DNA of 64,000 nt from Lama glama (GCA_028534125.1 CM052820.1:17670001-17734000), one strand, 5' to 3'; shown: positions 21,900-34,993, numbered from the stretch's first letter. The notes: generated by a model not told the origin, from the sequence alone. Translations and numbers: made by a program.

Positions 21900-22960
21900 A
21901 GTGTGGCTCTCTCTCCAATACTACTTCCTGCCCTACGTCTCTGGGACTAAATAGACACAATATACATACCAAACTCCTTCCAATACGCTGTCCTCTTGGT
22001 TCCTTGAACTCCCTTCTTATGCTCCTGTCCGCCACCCCATCTCAGCTAATCACTCTCACAGCCACACCCTGATTCTTGTTAGTCCCAAACTCCGGCCCCA
22101 GATACTAGCTGCATTTCATGGACCCCACTGATTGAGCACCACCTCTTATCAGTGTGCCCCCTCTTGGCACCCCAATCCCAGCAAGCATTGACCCTACCAT
22201 GGATCAGGCATCTTGCCCCTGCTCCTTACCCTTGACGTCCTCAGCCACTTGTCTTCCAGCCAAGTGCCCTGATCAGCCATTGTAGCCATCCCCCTATATA
22301 TACCCTTAACTGGTCTGTGCCCTTCTTGCTTTATCACATGTAGTTACAAGATCCAACCCTCCACCTATTCCACTTTTGCATCTGCCCCACCAGCTGTGCT
22401 GGAGAAACTCACGGTGGTCTCACTTCAAACCCATGGCTGTGCACCTCAAGTGGGACCTGAGAGCTGCTGGCAATCACACCATCGCTCCCATCCAGTCACT
22501 CTCCCACTCCCTTCGACAATGACCTCACAGCTTCTTCTTCCCCGCAACCCCAACAGCTCCTGCCCTCCTCACGCCTGGTCGATGATCTCTCCTACTTCAC
22601 TGAGAATGGAAGAATTAGAAGAGAAAGTTGACCAGCTCCTATGCCCCCCTCCACCCTCCTGTCAGGATCTGCGGGCACATGCTGTTCCAGCCTGCAGGGA
22701 AGAAATTCCTGCCACATGCTCCGTTCTGAAGGCAAGCCCCCAGCCTGTGCACTGGATCTGATCCACCTTCGCTACTCAAGGACATTAAACCGGTACTTCT
22801 TCCCGCTCTAGCAGACCAACCTACCAGCATACAAACATGCTGGGGTTTTCCCATTTAAAGCAAAAAGCAAAAAAAAAAAAAAAAAAAAAAAAAGAACTTC
22901 TATAGACCCCAATTTCCCCTCCAGCTACCAACCCGTTTCCTTGCTTCTCGTTGCATTAAA
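21900..22960 (+). mobile_element. L2 LINE ORF2 remnant, interrupted by a poly(A) run at about 22860-22893
   Basis: C-rich L2 body text (ctcctacttcactgagaa.., cagcctgtgcactggatc.., accagcatacaaacatgctg). Confidence 0.7.
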
Positions 22961-22974
22961 ATTATTTTTAGGAT

Positions 22975-23490
22975 AGTCCTAGGAATGTATTGTTTGCCAG
23001 CAGGTAAAGAAGTGCTCCTACAATGACAGACACCCGTTAAAGGATACAGGAGCTAGTCTGAAGGGGCTCCGACTGGCCACATCTAGGACAATTTGAATAA
23101 CAAAATAAGTAGTAATGAATTGTAGTCCAGTGAATGAACTGGCAATCCATGAGACCATGTGGCTATAAATAAACTGGGGAGGTAAAACTCTTCCTTACAG
23201 AAAATGCCAATGAATACAGAAGGAATAATGGAACTAGAAAATCAGCGCTTGATCAACATCGTGCTGTTAACCAATTCAGGCAAGCGTTATCAATGGATAC
23301 AACTAGGGGGTAGAAGTTTGATGAGGAACAGAATATATATCACATTATCCCCTCAAAATATTCATTCATTATAGAGGCTGGAACAGCCATTTTATAGTGG
23401 CAGAACTGTCAATTGACAGATACCACCTCAACCAGTGATCAAAATGGTGTGTATTATCCGTAACAGTACAAATCAACACCATGAGCCCTC
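22975..23490 (+). mobile_element. L1MC/L1MD-type 3' UTR fragment
   Basis: gctagtctgaaggggctccgactggccacatctaggacaatttgaat.. is typical of L1MC/D. Confidence 0.7.
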
Positions 23491-23499
23491 TGATAATTA

Positions 23500-23868
23500 T
23501 GCTGTCCCAGCTCTTCCCTCAGCCGAGAACACTCTCCCCAGACACCCTGCTGGGTAACTCACTTCACTGAAATCTTACTCAAATGGCACCTTTTCAATGA
23601 GAACTGCCCTGACCACTCTCTTTAACACCGCAGCTTGCCCTTACTCCCCTCATTCACCTGTCTTACTTCACATTCTCCTTTTTCATAGCACTCACTAGTT
23701 TTATAATTTCCTTCTCTTTTACATTTATGGCTTAACTCTAGCCCTCATTCCCAAGAGTACAAACATCACAGGAGCAGGGATTTGCTTTGTTCCCTGATGT
23801 ATCCTAAGAGCCTAGAAGAGTTCCTGGCCCTTAGTAGGTGTTCAATAAATATTTGTTAAATGTTGAAT
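23500..23868 (+). mobile_element. L2a 3' end
   Basis: Terminal ..tagtaggtgttcaataaatatttgttaaatgttgaatgaa. Confidence 0.85.
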
Positions 23869-24254
23869 GAAGGAAAGTGCTAGGCTATGGAGAATGACTA
23901 CTATCTTGGCCATACCTGGGATCAGAAGTAACCAGAATTTCTATATGGAAGGGTTTGAGATAGCAATTATTTTGGAAAGCAGGAGAGAACATGTTGTCTT
24001 GAGCTGTGTCTAAACAGCAAGCATACTGCACTCAGTGCATTTATTTGGAAAGGTTGGAGAAGGGCTTATGAAGTGTGTGGAGAGTTAATGTCCCTCCCAC
24101 CCAGCCCTCCCCCTGAACCGCTGTGTGTGATCGCCCGGTCAGCCTCCACACTGATGCATAGCTCTTATCAAACAAAAGCTGCTTTCTGCTCTTGAAATAG
24201 TACATCTTAACTCTCTGTTCTCAAGACATAATTTAAACATAGGCTCTTTCTTAC

Positions 24255-24370
24255 CTGCACAGTTGACCATATATACTTCCATTTCATTTGGGAATTTTGA
24301 TTGTAGCAGTAACAGTTTGACTCAAAAGTTTTAATTAAATCCATTTCCTTCAAAGCTTTACACCTTGGAA
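24255..24370 (-). CDS. NEMP2: NEMP2 exon 2: (V)PRCKALKEMDLIKTFESNCYCYNQNSQMKWKYIWSTVQ
   Basis: 116 nt, catttttcag|TT acceptor and CAG|gtaag donor. Needs a phase-1 upstream exon, which is not visible. Confidence 0.96.
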
Positions 24371-24950
24371 CTGAAAAATGAAAAAGGGAATATATTTCCT
24401 AATATGTAATTGCTCAGAATCTTATCTTCTTTCTCCTTTGTTCACGGGGATAATGATAGCTGTTCTTACATGCTATGACCAGTAAAATTCTTCTGCATGG
24501 TAATTATAGCTCTTCAGTCTTTCCAACCTAGCAGGAGACAAGACAAAAAAACTACAGCCCAGTATCAATACTCTTAGGATGTATGGAGGAGCTGTAGGAG
24601 CACAGAGCACAGGCACTTCAGTCCTGGAGCAGAGGCAAGAACTGAGGGCAGCTCCCAGGAAACAGGAAACACAAGTGATGCACTGAAGGACAGTCAGGGG
24701 CACTGAGACAGAGTCAGGGGGTAGGGGTGGCAAGTGCGTACAGAACTTGGGAGATGAGGGAACTCGTGGAAGTGGATCAGCCATTTATGAGGATGGAGTG
24801 TAGGGAATACACGAGGACACTGCAACACGTGCAGCTAGAGAGGTTACTACTACGCTAAGGAACGTGAAGAACTTCATGCTGAAAGCAGAGCGCTGAAGGA
24901 TTACAGGTAAGTCTAAAGGCTCAGAAGGAAACTGCTGACACCCAAAGGGG

Positions 24951-25390
24951 TTTATTTTTCATTTTCATTTTTTTTAACTTTTTTTTAATTTAGTTATAGT
25001 CATTTTACAATGTTGTGTCAAATTCCAGTGTAGAGAACAATTTTTCAGTTATACATGAACATATATATATTTATTGTCATTTTTTTTCTCTGTGAGCTAC
25101 CACAAGATCTTGTATATATTTCCCTGTGCTATACAGTATAATCTTGTTTTTGAAATCCCCGTCTGTCCTTCCCACCCCCCGCCCCCTTGGCAACCACAAG
25201 TTTGTATTCTATGTCTGTGAGTCTGTTTCTGTTTTGCATTTAGTTTTGTTTTTTTAGATTCCACATATGAGTGATCTCATATGGTATTTTTCTTTCTCTT
25301 TCTGGCTTACTTCACTTAGAATGACATTCTCCAGGAGCATCCATGTTGCTGCAAATGGCGTTATGTTGTCGGTTTTTATGGCTGAATAGT
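24951..25390 (-). mobile_element. Young lineage-specific L1 3' end (camelid-type), running into a gap
   Basis: T-rich tail then ..ttacaatgttgtgtcaaattccagtgtagag.. and ..ctggcttacttcacttagaatgacattctccaggagcatccatgttgctgcaaatggc. Confidence 0.9.
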
Positions 25391-25890
25391 NNNNNNNNNN
25401 NNNNNNNNNNNNNNNNNNNNNNNNNNNNNNNNNNNNNNNNNNNNNNNNNNNNNNNNNNNNNNNNNNNNNNNNNNNNNNNNNNNNNNNNNNNNNNNNNNNN
25501 NNNNNNNNNNNNNNNNNNNNNNNNNNNNNNNNNNNNNNNNNNNNNNNNNNNNNNNNNNNNNNNNNNNNNNNNNNNNNNNNNNNNNNNNNNNNNNNNNNNN
25601 NNNNNNNNNNNNNNNNNNNNNNNNNNNNNNNNNNNNNNNNNNNNNNNNNNNNNNNNNNNNNNNNNNNNNNNNNNNNNNNNNNNNNNNNNNNNNNNNNNNN
25701 NNNNNNNNNNNNNNNNNNNNNNNNNNNNNNNNNNNNNNNNNNNNNNNNNNNNNNNNNNNNNNNNNNNNNNNNNNNNNNNNNNNNNNNNNNNNNNNNNNNN
25801 NNNNNNNNNNNNNNNNNNNNNNNNNNNNNNNNNNNNNNNNNNNNNNNNNNNNNNNNNNNNNNNNNNNNNNNNNNNNNNNNNNNNNNNNNN
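25391..25890. other. Assembly gap (500 N)
   Basis: N run. Confidence 1.
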
Positions 25891-25904
25891 TTTTTTTTTT
25901 TTCA

Positions 25905-26620
25905 TTTCCAACAGGCTTTCACTACAAGAAATATTAAGGAGTTCTTCAGCATTTGGATCTACACAAAGAAATAAATAGCTCTATAAATTATAAAAATGAA
26001 AGTAAATATAAAAGTTTTATTATTTTAATCACTCTAAAAGATAATTCATCTAAAGGAAAAATGTTGCAGTGCACTGTGGGGCTTATCTGTAGAATTAAAA
26101 TGAAAGACAACAGTACCACAAATAATGAAAAGAAAGAAATGGAAGCATACTCTCAAAAAGTTCTTTCACTATACATAAAGTGACATAATGGTACTTGAAG
26201 TTAGACTGTTATAAATTACAGATGTATATGTAAACATTACAGCAATCACTAAAATCTTTTAATAAGAGGTATAACTAATAAGCCAATAGTGGAGATAGAA
26301 GGGAATAATAAAATAATCCAAAAGAAGTCAAGAATACAGGGGAAAAAAGGATGAAGAACAAATTGGCAAATAGAAAACAACTTAAAAAATGTCAAATCTA
26401 AATCCAACCACATGAACAATTATATTAAATACAAATGGTCTCAATGTCCAAATTAAAAGGCAGATATTGTCAGATTGAATAAATAAGCAAAAGTTTATTT
26501 ACTAGGAATACACCTTAAGTATAAAGATAAATCAGTTCGAAAGAAAAGGATGGGAAAAGATAATGCCATACAAACACCAATCAGAAGGAAGTTGAATGGC
26601 TAAATTAATATCAGACAATT
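25905..26620 (+). mobile_element. Old L1M ORF1-end/ORF2-endonuclease-start remnant
   Basis: ..tatattaaatacaaatggtctcaatgtccaaattaaaaggcagatattgtcagattgaat.. is the decayed start of L1 ORF2. Confidence 0.75.
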
Positions 26621-29600
26621 ACCAGTAATTCAGTGGGTGTGGGGTCGGCCATGAGATTCTGCATTTCTAACAAACTCCCTGGTAGTGCGAGGACCACACC
26701 TTCAGCAGCAAGTCCTTAGAACAATAGGCCCAGAGAAAAATTGGCAGATGGAAGGATTTCAAGATCAAATAGTTTGGAAAATACAGCTTACTATATTATC
26801 TCCCTTAGATGTTCATTATTTATGAATAGCTCATTAAATATTTTAAAATTCCTGTAGTAAAGAAATTTGTGGTAGGCAGCCTTTGACATCATGGAATATT
26901 GCTTCCTTCTCATGAGAAGCAAACGGGAATACAATCTGTAATTAGTGCAGTCTTTTGTTCTTAAATTCACCAGCATTTGTGTGCCTCTTTCTAGGAGATG
27001 AACTATATTCATTAAACAAACCTAATGAAAATCAAATCCCATATAAACAGGACACCTGAGGAATTTTCTATTCAAAAACCTCCTGCAGTATTATGTAGAC
27101 TAGCTTTCTATCTTTCTGTTAGAAAATAGAGAAAGCATTTGCCCATCAATGGATCAGTGAAGTGAGAAAGCTGTAGTTGGGGTCACCATTAAACTTGCCC
27201 AGGTGATGTAAGACAATTAATTGAAACTGGATTTTAACACCAGCCCATACATTTCTAGACCAAATGAGATGTTTGAAAAAGGACAAAGTTCATTGCCTCT
27301 TTAAGAAGTTGCCCAATTGTATTGCCTACAGATTTTTAGCTGTGGATTTCTGGTAAGCACCACATGTCTTTCTCTAAGACGGAATGAAGCACTGCTGACT
27401 GGGGGATCTGAGTCCCACAGATATGGAAGAAGCCGGCACTCCTGCCAGAATGGTAGCGATGTTGGTAATTTGGAAATGTTTAGCACTGTGAATGCAGATT
27501 CCCAGGACATTCCCTCCAGAGACTGATTCAGTCCATCTGGGGTAGAGCCCAAAATACGTCTTCTCAGTATGTACCTAAAGTGACTCAAAAGTATTAGGAC
27601 TAATCTTTGAGTTTTACAAGTTTCATGCTTGACAGTAAGTAGCATTTCGGGCAAGTTTGTAATCACAGCTACAATATTGTGTGCATTACATGTAATTTCA
27701 TACTGCTAGAATGTGATATATACTTATTTTAATAAACCAATGGTATAGTCAAGTGCTTCTTTAATATTATTTTAGTGACCCGAGTTCTTTAATTTCACTT
27801 GACTAGTTCTACATGGTGTGAAAAAAATTACAATTCAATTTTCAGCCTCTGCATTTTTATTTCTAGAGTTCTTGCTCTTCATAACTAATTAATTTTCTGT
27901 AACTGTCATAGGATTATAATCTGTCATTATGAATCAGAAGTAAAATTTAGCTCATGTCAGAAATTATTTAGGAGCTTACACTTGGCTTCTAGGTAGGTAG
28001 AACATTTAATTAAATGAATTAGAAGAAAATAGGCAAAGTTCTACTTTGGGTTCTTTTCTAAAGAAAGATTTAGAAAGGCTGCAATGATACCCACCAATGC
28101 CATAAAGATTACAGAGGCTAAATGTCATCATTTCTTCCTTTAAAAAATTCCCATTTTTAGAATGTTTCATATCAAGAGGGAAAAAAAAAAAACCAGGCTG
28201 TTCAAGACTTCTCCATAAAGGCAAAGAATAAAAATAGACGTTGACTTGTTAGATCATGTTTTTCTTAACATATTTCATTCAGGAAATACTTCAAAATTGA
28301 CTTGCCAAATACTGCTTCAGTAATTTTAATAATACCTGTCAAAACTAAAAGATAGCCTTTCAGTATGAATAAGTGAGATTGGGAGGGATTAGAATAAATA
28401 CAATTTATTAAGAAATAAATCATATGTTCTCTAATCTAAATTGCTAAAGACCTTGATAAAAGATAATTGGTCAAATTCAATCCGTATCTTTCCATTCAAA
28501 TTGAAAGATGTGGAATCCTTCAAAGCAGTGGTTCTCAAATTCTGCTGTGGATAGGCGTCCCATCTCCAAAGATTCTTATTCAGTAGGTCCACTGTATGAC
28601 CTGGGAAACTACAGTTATGATTCTGAGGCAAATAGTCTTGTGACCATACTGCAAAAGTGGTGGGAAAAAATATTTAAAAATGACTGACAATTAGTTGATG
28701 ATGGCTGGAAAATAGTATCCATGGGAAAAGATGGATGTTCTCGGCTAATCTGAGAAAAAGAAGGCTGAAATGTTGCAGCTTTCTAAGGGTTGATTTAAGG
28801 AACTAGGATACAGAAAACTAGTCACCAGTTATTTGTTATGTTTTCATAGAAAAAAACAAAAAGGAAATGGGTTTGAACTGCAGTAAGCTTAAGATTGTAT
28901 ATAAATGTATTTTCCCAGCATTGGGATCCTAGTTCATCTCTTCCCTGGACACCCTCCAATCCCGCCACTCCACTTGACTTGATTCCTAAAGAATCTTTGC
29001 CAAAGTTTTGTTTTCTGCCAACTCACCCTCAGGAAGCACCTTTCTTAACGGGCCATTCTCTACAATCTAGGTTCCCCCACCACCAGCACCCTGCCCTACT
29101 GGAGTAATTTCTATGAAAACAGTTTATAGTGAGGTAATTATATTTGAAAGCATTTTTTTCTTTCAGGGAAAGCTATAAACGGCAGGTATCCTTTCAGTTA
29201 AGTTCTTTAATTGCCTTGATTAGTCATTTATTGACAATGTGAAAGATTTGTGTGTAATTTGGGAGCCTTTCAATTCAGTTAAAACAGAGATTTTCTCCTC
29301 TTGCTTTCAGTTTCCAATCAGGTACTTCAAAATGTTCCCAAGATCATAGTCTACCCAGAAAAATTCTTCAGTCTATAGTCTTTCATGTGTTTTTGGAAAG
29401 AACTCAAAATTCTTTTAAAAAGGGGCACATAGGGGCTGGGAGATGGAGATAAATATAACACAGCGTGAGATTTTGTTGTTCTGCTCGTATGTTTTTCTCT
29501 TCCTCGCCGCGCTCTAAGTCAGGTCTCAACAGCCTCTGTTTCCAGTATAGCTGAATCACAAAATCTCTTTGTATCCGACACCTGGCTAGACCCAAGTGTA

Positions 29601-30159
29601 TTATGGAATGGTTATACAGATTTTTTGACTCTCTTATTTTTCCAGGATGTTCTTGTAATCATGGGAGTGAAAAGAAAATTTGTAAGCAGCTAACTGTTGG
29701 GTAGAAATTTATAATGTTTTCTTTTTTAAAAATAATACCTTATTTTTTTTAAGAAAATTGACACAAGAGAGTCTATCTGTTCTGAGCTGTTTCTAATAAC
29801 AAAATCATAATTTCTAGATTAGTCATGTTTCAATAGAGGTTATGGAAAGTGGAAAATATAAATAATTCAATAATATCCTTCTAAGGTTTGCTAATGTTAA
29901 CCATATCTTGCCTATAAAGTCTATCTGCTTGAAATTAGGTGTAATTTTTGCTTGCATTAAGCAAAGTCTGCAAAACTCAATGAAAAAGAATAATAATTAT
30001 TTTGGACATTTCAGTAATTTCCCCCCAACTCAATTACATTTGTTTGCTTTGATTTATACCCTGTCCTTACTGACTGGATCCAGACATCTACCTATATTAT
30101 CAGAGTATGCATTTGTTAGGATATTTCCAACTACAAGTAATAGAATTTCCAACTAACAG

Positions 30160-30600
30160 TGTCTTAAACAATGAAGACACTTATTATGTCACATGGAAAT
30201 AAGTCCCAGGGCAGGTTGCTTCAGGAGCTTCAGCGTGCTACCAAGGTCTCAGGCTGTTTTCAGCTTTCTATTCCACTGCTCTCAGCTTGGTGGACTTTGT
30301 CCTCAAGCTTTTCTCCTCATAATTGAAAAAGGCTGCCAGGGCTGCTGATACTGGTCCTCACACAACGGTAACCAAAGGCAGAATTACCTCGCCTTTCATC
30401 TCTTGAAGAAGGAAGTAAAGCCTTTCTTAGAAGCTCTCACCTTCACCCTTTGAGCTGGCTCCCTTGTCAGTCCCATCAGCAAGTGACTAGCCCATGCCCT
30501 TATTAAACCGGGTGGAGTGAATGTCTGGCATTTTCAGCCTCAATGGCGGGAGGTGGTTTCATAGAAGACAAAAACTGGAAGAGCAATAGACAGGGAAAAA
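30160..30600 (-). mobile_element. Old MaLR LTR (MLT1K/L/N-like)
   Basis: aacagtgtcttaaacaatgaagacacttattatgtcacatggaaataagtcccagg.. pattern. Confidence 0.55.
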
Positions 30601-30784
30601 AATCATTATGGTGATATTTTTGACAGTTTCCAAAAGCCCTCATGAGTGTCTAAAAATGGTAATCTGAAATTTTATGCTGACTTAATAAATGAGTTTTATT
30701 CATCATTCTCAACTTTGATAAAAATGTGTTTTCTTTTTGAAATTTACACATTGACTCAAAATGGGAGTATGCTTCTATACCAAC

Positions 30785-31289
30785 TGTGACTGAAAAATAT
30801 TGCCAGTCATATCAGTAAACAAAGGATGCTGTGGCCATCAAGTCATCAGCCACTACTGCCGCCCCAACAGTGAGCAGAGGAACTCAGGATGCAGACAGGC
30901 AGGCAGCTCAGCCTTTGTTGCCACCCGCAACAGGGCCACCTGAGGGAACTCAGGATGTCGAAGAACAGGATACTGGCCAAAGACAGCTAGGTGCGTCTCA
31001 AGGGAATGATTTCAATGAGCCCAGACTTTTGCACCTTTCCATACATAGAAAAGCATTAAATTCCTTAACTTGAAATATCTGGTTTTCTTTCATTAACAGT
31101 AATCTTTTGATGTTCCAACTACCTGGTCTTTGTGGCAAAACTCCTATATATCCTGGCTCCTCCCCTGCCTCTTGGAAGTAGTCCCTTAGGGCCATCTGAG
31201 AGGCTGCCTCCGGGTTCGAGTCCTCAGAAAGCCCACCGAATGAAACATAACTCTCAACTTTCAGGTTGTGCTTGTTTTTTCAGTGGACA
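30785..31289 (+). mobile_element. Solo ERV1 LTR (cetartiodactyl MER41-like type)
   Basis: TG...CA ends, duplicated U3 motif ggaactcaggatg (30879-30891, 30945-30957), TATA cctatatatcc near 31143, terminus aactctcaactttcaggttgtgcttgttttttcagtggaca. No clean TSD found. Confidence 0.75.
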
Positions 31290-32149
31290 GAGTCATATGT
31301 TTTTCCTTTTATTGATCTTGTTTAGTAGACTTACATAACATCCTTATTCTAAAGCATCCAATTTCCAAAATAGCAAATCTTTTCTATTAGGATAATGAAA
31401 GAGAATAAATTAAACAAAGGAGTATGAGTTATAATGGGGAAAATAAGAAGATAATAGGAATGGTAAATAATGAAGAAAGCAGGGGGAAAAAAAGGAGAGA
31501 CGGGGTAGAATGAGCAATTACTAATCTGTATGGTCTAATGTGAGACAGTTCAGTTAACTGGGTCACTTGCCACTTGAAATGATGGGCGGGATAAGCCATT
31601 AAGACACTGGAGCAAATAGAAGGAAAGGGGGAGGAAGCACTCCTTTTTCAGGCATGCGTTCTGCAGGTTAGAATTTGTCGGTCCTCACTACACTGCAGGT
31701 GTGTCCTGGGAAATGCGTGTTCATGTGTCTTGGCAGTAGTATTCTGATGGCACTCCTTTTTTTGTTGTTGTTCATTTAAAGATAATTTGCCTAACAACCA
31801 TGCTTAAAATAATCCATCTAAATATTTAAGGCTCTTACCTTCTCTCTGCAATAATTAAAACAAGGCTAAAACAGGCCAAGGAAATTTTTAGGCTCTAAGT
31901 TTCAAAGGGCCAGACCTTCCAAGTGATTGGGGCTTTATAAAGATTTATTCCTCTGTGTAAATTCTAAACCCACTTTAGAGAAATCAGCTCACCTAAACCC
32001 ACTAGTATTGCTTGGATTTGTTTTAGGATTAAGAGGTTACTCTTCCTGCCTTTCATTTCACCATCATACCTGGTCCTTTATCGCCTTTTCCTCATTTTCT
32101 CTCTTTCTGTTCTTTGCCAGATGTAATAATCACTGGAAATGTTATACAT

Positions 32150-33720
32150 TCTTTTTAATACTTTTATACATTCTTTTTAATACTTTGTCAATCTTGAACA
32201 ATAGACACATGAGAATCTTGAAATTCTTTCTTTGTTGTAAATAGGTATCCTTTATGTTAAATAGGTTTTTATTACTTTTCATCCTTACAGTTATCATAAA
32301 ATAAAAGGTTTAGAAAGCAATACAAAATAAATCTATACCTTGCATCTCTTAAGTGTGTTATGCCATTTTCTTCTGGCATAAAGTATAGCTGTCAAAGAAC
32401 CCCCAATGGTAATCTGATTTTTTTCCCCTGTAAGTCACTTGCTGGTGTTGACTGGGTTCTCAGTGGAATATTTTTTTTCTCTCAAGTTCATTCATTTTAC
32501 TATAAATATGTCTTGGTGTTGATTAATTCTGCGCCAACATTCTCAGCTACATAGCGTGCTTTTTCAATATGAAGTTTCATATTGTCTTTCATTTAAGAAA
32601 ATTTCTCTTTAAGTATAATTTTTAGTTATTTGTTTTAGCCCCTTGTTTTGCACTTCTTCAGATTCCAATTATTTGAGGTTGAATCTTCTTTGTCCATCTT
32701 TAATATTTGTCACTTTCTGTCAAATATTTATCTCCTTTATTTTTTATTTAAAAAACTTTCTCCTTTTAAAATTTTATTTTTTCCTACAAGTTTAGTGTCA
32801 TTTCTGAATTTTTTTTCTAACTGTCTCCTAGGTTTAGCCACCTCAGTGGTAGAGTTTTAATAATGTTTTATTTCATGTCTTGTATCACTTTCTTAATGTA
32901 TTTTAGCTTCTTTTGAGATAGAAAGTTACAGTTTTGATTTGTTTTGTGAGCATATCTTTCTGGTTCAGGGAGATTATTTTGCTCATTGTTTTTCTTAGAA
33001 ACAGCTTTGCAAGGCGTTTGACCTCAATACTCTTCTGCTTCTCACTTTATGTGAAAATGGCTTTCCAGGACGTTTAGTAGGAGACGTGGCTTCGAGTAGC
33101 TTTTCTAGCTTGACAAACTCCCTCTTCTGTTGTGTTTAAGTAGTGTCAAGAAGGGTCAGCTGGCTTTCTGAGATGTCCTGGTTCTGTTTGCTCCTCCCCA
33201 TGTTTATCTGGGCCTCCCCTGTCTGCGGTTCTGCTGTCTCTGTCCCGCTCAGTTTTGATTCCGTTCTCAGCATCTCTCTTCAGTGTGATGCTCCATCCCA
33301 GAAGGAAGCTCTGGCAGGTCAGTCTCTAGAGAGAGTTCACAGGGCCTTCCGTCTCTGTGCAGAGCCCTTGCACTCACTGCCTCCTGGATTGGGCAAAACC
33401 TGCCCACATGCTTTCCAGTAAACAGTCCTTGCTCTTTGTGGCTTCTCCTTTTCCCAAGTCTGTCCAAGTCTGTCAGGCTTCACCCCTTCTCTCTGCTTTT
33501 CCTGCTCAGATGCTAATACAGTTCAGGCTGCTGGTGGGTTGTCCTCACGGACACGTATTTTGAAGTTTGTGTGGATGCCTTGTAGCCTAGTGTCAGTGTA
33601 AATGTTGTCCATGCAATTTTGATTCTGCTAAGTTTTTCTGTATGTTTTTGTATTAAGATTTGGATTCAAAATTATATTGCCGCTATAGTCATCTTCTCAG
33701 AACCCACCAAGTGGATTTAA
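32150..33720 (-). mobile_element. Ancient L1M/HAL1 5'-ORF1 remnant
   Basis: T-rich antisense ORF1-like text (..tctgattttttttcccctgtaagtcacttg..ttttactataaatatgtcttggtgttg). Confidence 0.55.
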
Positions 33721-33959
33721 AATACTCTCTTATTTAGGTAGAATGCACATTTTCACAAAAATTAGAAACGGTACATTGATAATAACTTCCTAACCATTGA
33801 CAACTTATGATAACTTTAGCAGGGTTTAGGAAATATATTCTCAATGCTATAAAATCCTCTGAGAGCTTCAGAGCAGCATATATTTTGGTCTACTTCTGGT
33901 ATAATTAAAGAGAGAAAATTTCTGTGTCCCTGAACCAGTTTAAAAAAATAGGTGCTCCG

Positions 33960-34748
33960 TTTCACATCTACCATGAAGCAGAACTACTTATGTCCCGCAT
34001 CTTGCAGATACAGCGATGCCACATGGAGCCACTCCAAGTGCTGCAGGTCACACAAAGCCCACCGCTGAAGCTGACCTTCACTGGCAGGAACAAGCAAACC
34101 ACAGGAGCAAAAGTCCAAAAACCAAAAGTCCAAAAAGCTTTATAAAACCTTTGGCACAAGACAGGTTACAAGCTATTATAAAAATGATAGTTCTCGTTGT
34201 ATAAGAGGTGTGTTGACACAGTGTTTTCACATATGTTATCTCATTTCATTCTCAAAATAACCATCTAAAAGAGGTACGGTTATTTTGAGTTGATGAAGTT
34301 GAGCTTAGAACACTTAAATGACTTTAAGACATTAGCAGAGAGGGCTCTTACCACCTCTGTGTGTAAAGGGTTTGCTCTTCCACCGAGGGCTCAGCTTTGG
34401 AGAGATCCCTGCCCAGCACGTGGGAGGAGGTGAAACCTGCCTGGCCAGCTCTATCAGTCATCATCCATATATCTCCAGAGGACCCAGGGGGTGACAGGTG
34501 CTGCAGGTAGATCTCCCTCACAGTCTGGTCTGGCTTTGTCTAGCACCGGAGAGCCTGTAAGAGACAGAGGAGCATTTGAACCTGGGGTTTTGGACTTTTG
34601 CTCCTGTGGTTTGCTTGTTCCTGCCAGTGAAGGTCAGCTTCAGCGGTGGGCTTTGTGTGACCTGCAGCACTTGGAGTGGCTCCATGTGGCATCGCTGTAT
34701 CTGCAAGATGCTGGACATGAGTTGTTCCTCTTCATGGTAGATGTGAAA
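33960..34748. repeat. 161-bp inverted repeat of unique sequence (arms 33960-34120 and 34588-34748, 467-bp spacer)
   Basis: Direct comparison shows 156/161 identity. All 5 mismatches lie in the outer ~40 bp and the inner ~120 bp are identical. Confidence 0.97.
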
Positions 34749-34896
34749 GGACAGTGTCAGCATTTCTGGTGCTTGTGGCACTGCTTCTCCAGTGTTCACT
34801 CTCCAGTACTCTGAGCAGCAGAGAGGAGACTCCTGCCTCACCTCCAGGGAACCTCTCATTGCATTCTAATATTTTACCTTCAAATTCATGCAACTT

Positions 34897-34993
34897 TTAA
34901 ACAATTCCACCCCCACCTCCTTAACGGAGGCACTGGGGATTAAATCCAGGACCTTGAGCATGTGCTCTACCACTGAGCTATACCCCCACTCCC
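34897..34993 (-). mobile_element. Camelid Vic-1-type SINE (short form)
   Basis: Reverse complement reads gggggtatagctcagtggtagagcacatgctcaaggtcctggatttaatccccagtgcctcc. Confidence 0.85.

Noticed and set aside
25312-25978. Long ORFs in the track that span N runs (also 11362-11697, 44022-44750, 56002-56206, 63479-63739)
   Set aside because: Artefacts of translating assembly gaps as X.
33960-34748. Interpretation of the inverted repeat as a MITE or DNA transposon with long TIRs
   Set aside because: No TSD at the outer ends, an ancient MIR in the spacer, and no resemblance to known TIR families.
33924-34859. Paired ORFs sharing the peptide ..ILQIQRCHMEPLQVLQVTQSPPLKLTFTGRNKQTTGAKVQ.. on opposite strands
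   Set aside because: The shared peptide simply reflects the inverted duplication, and there is no evidence of coding function.
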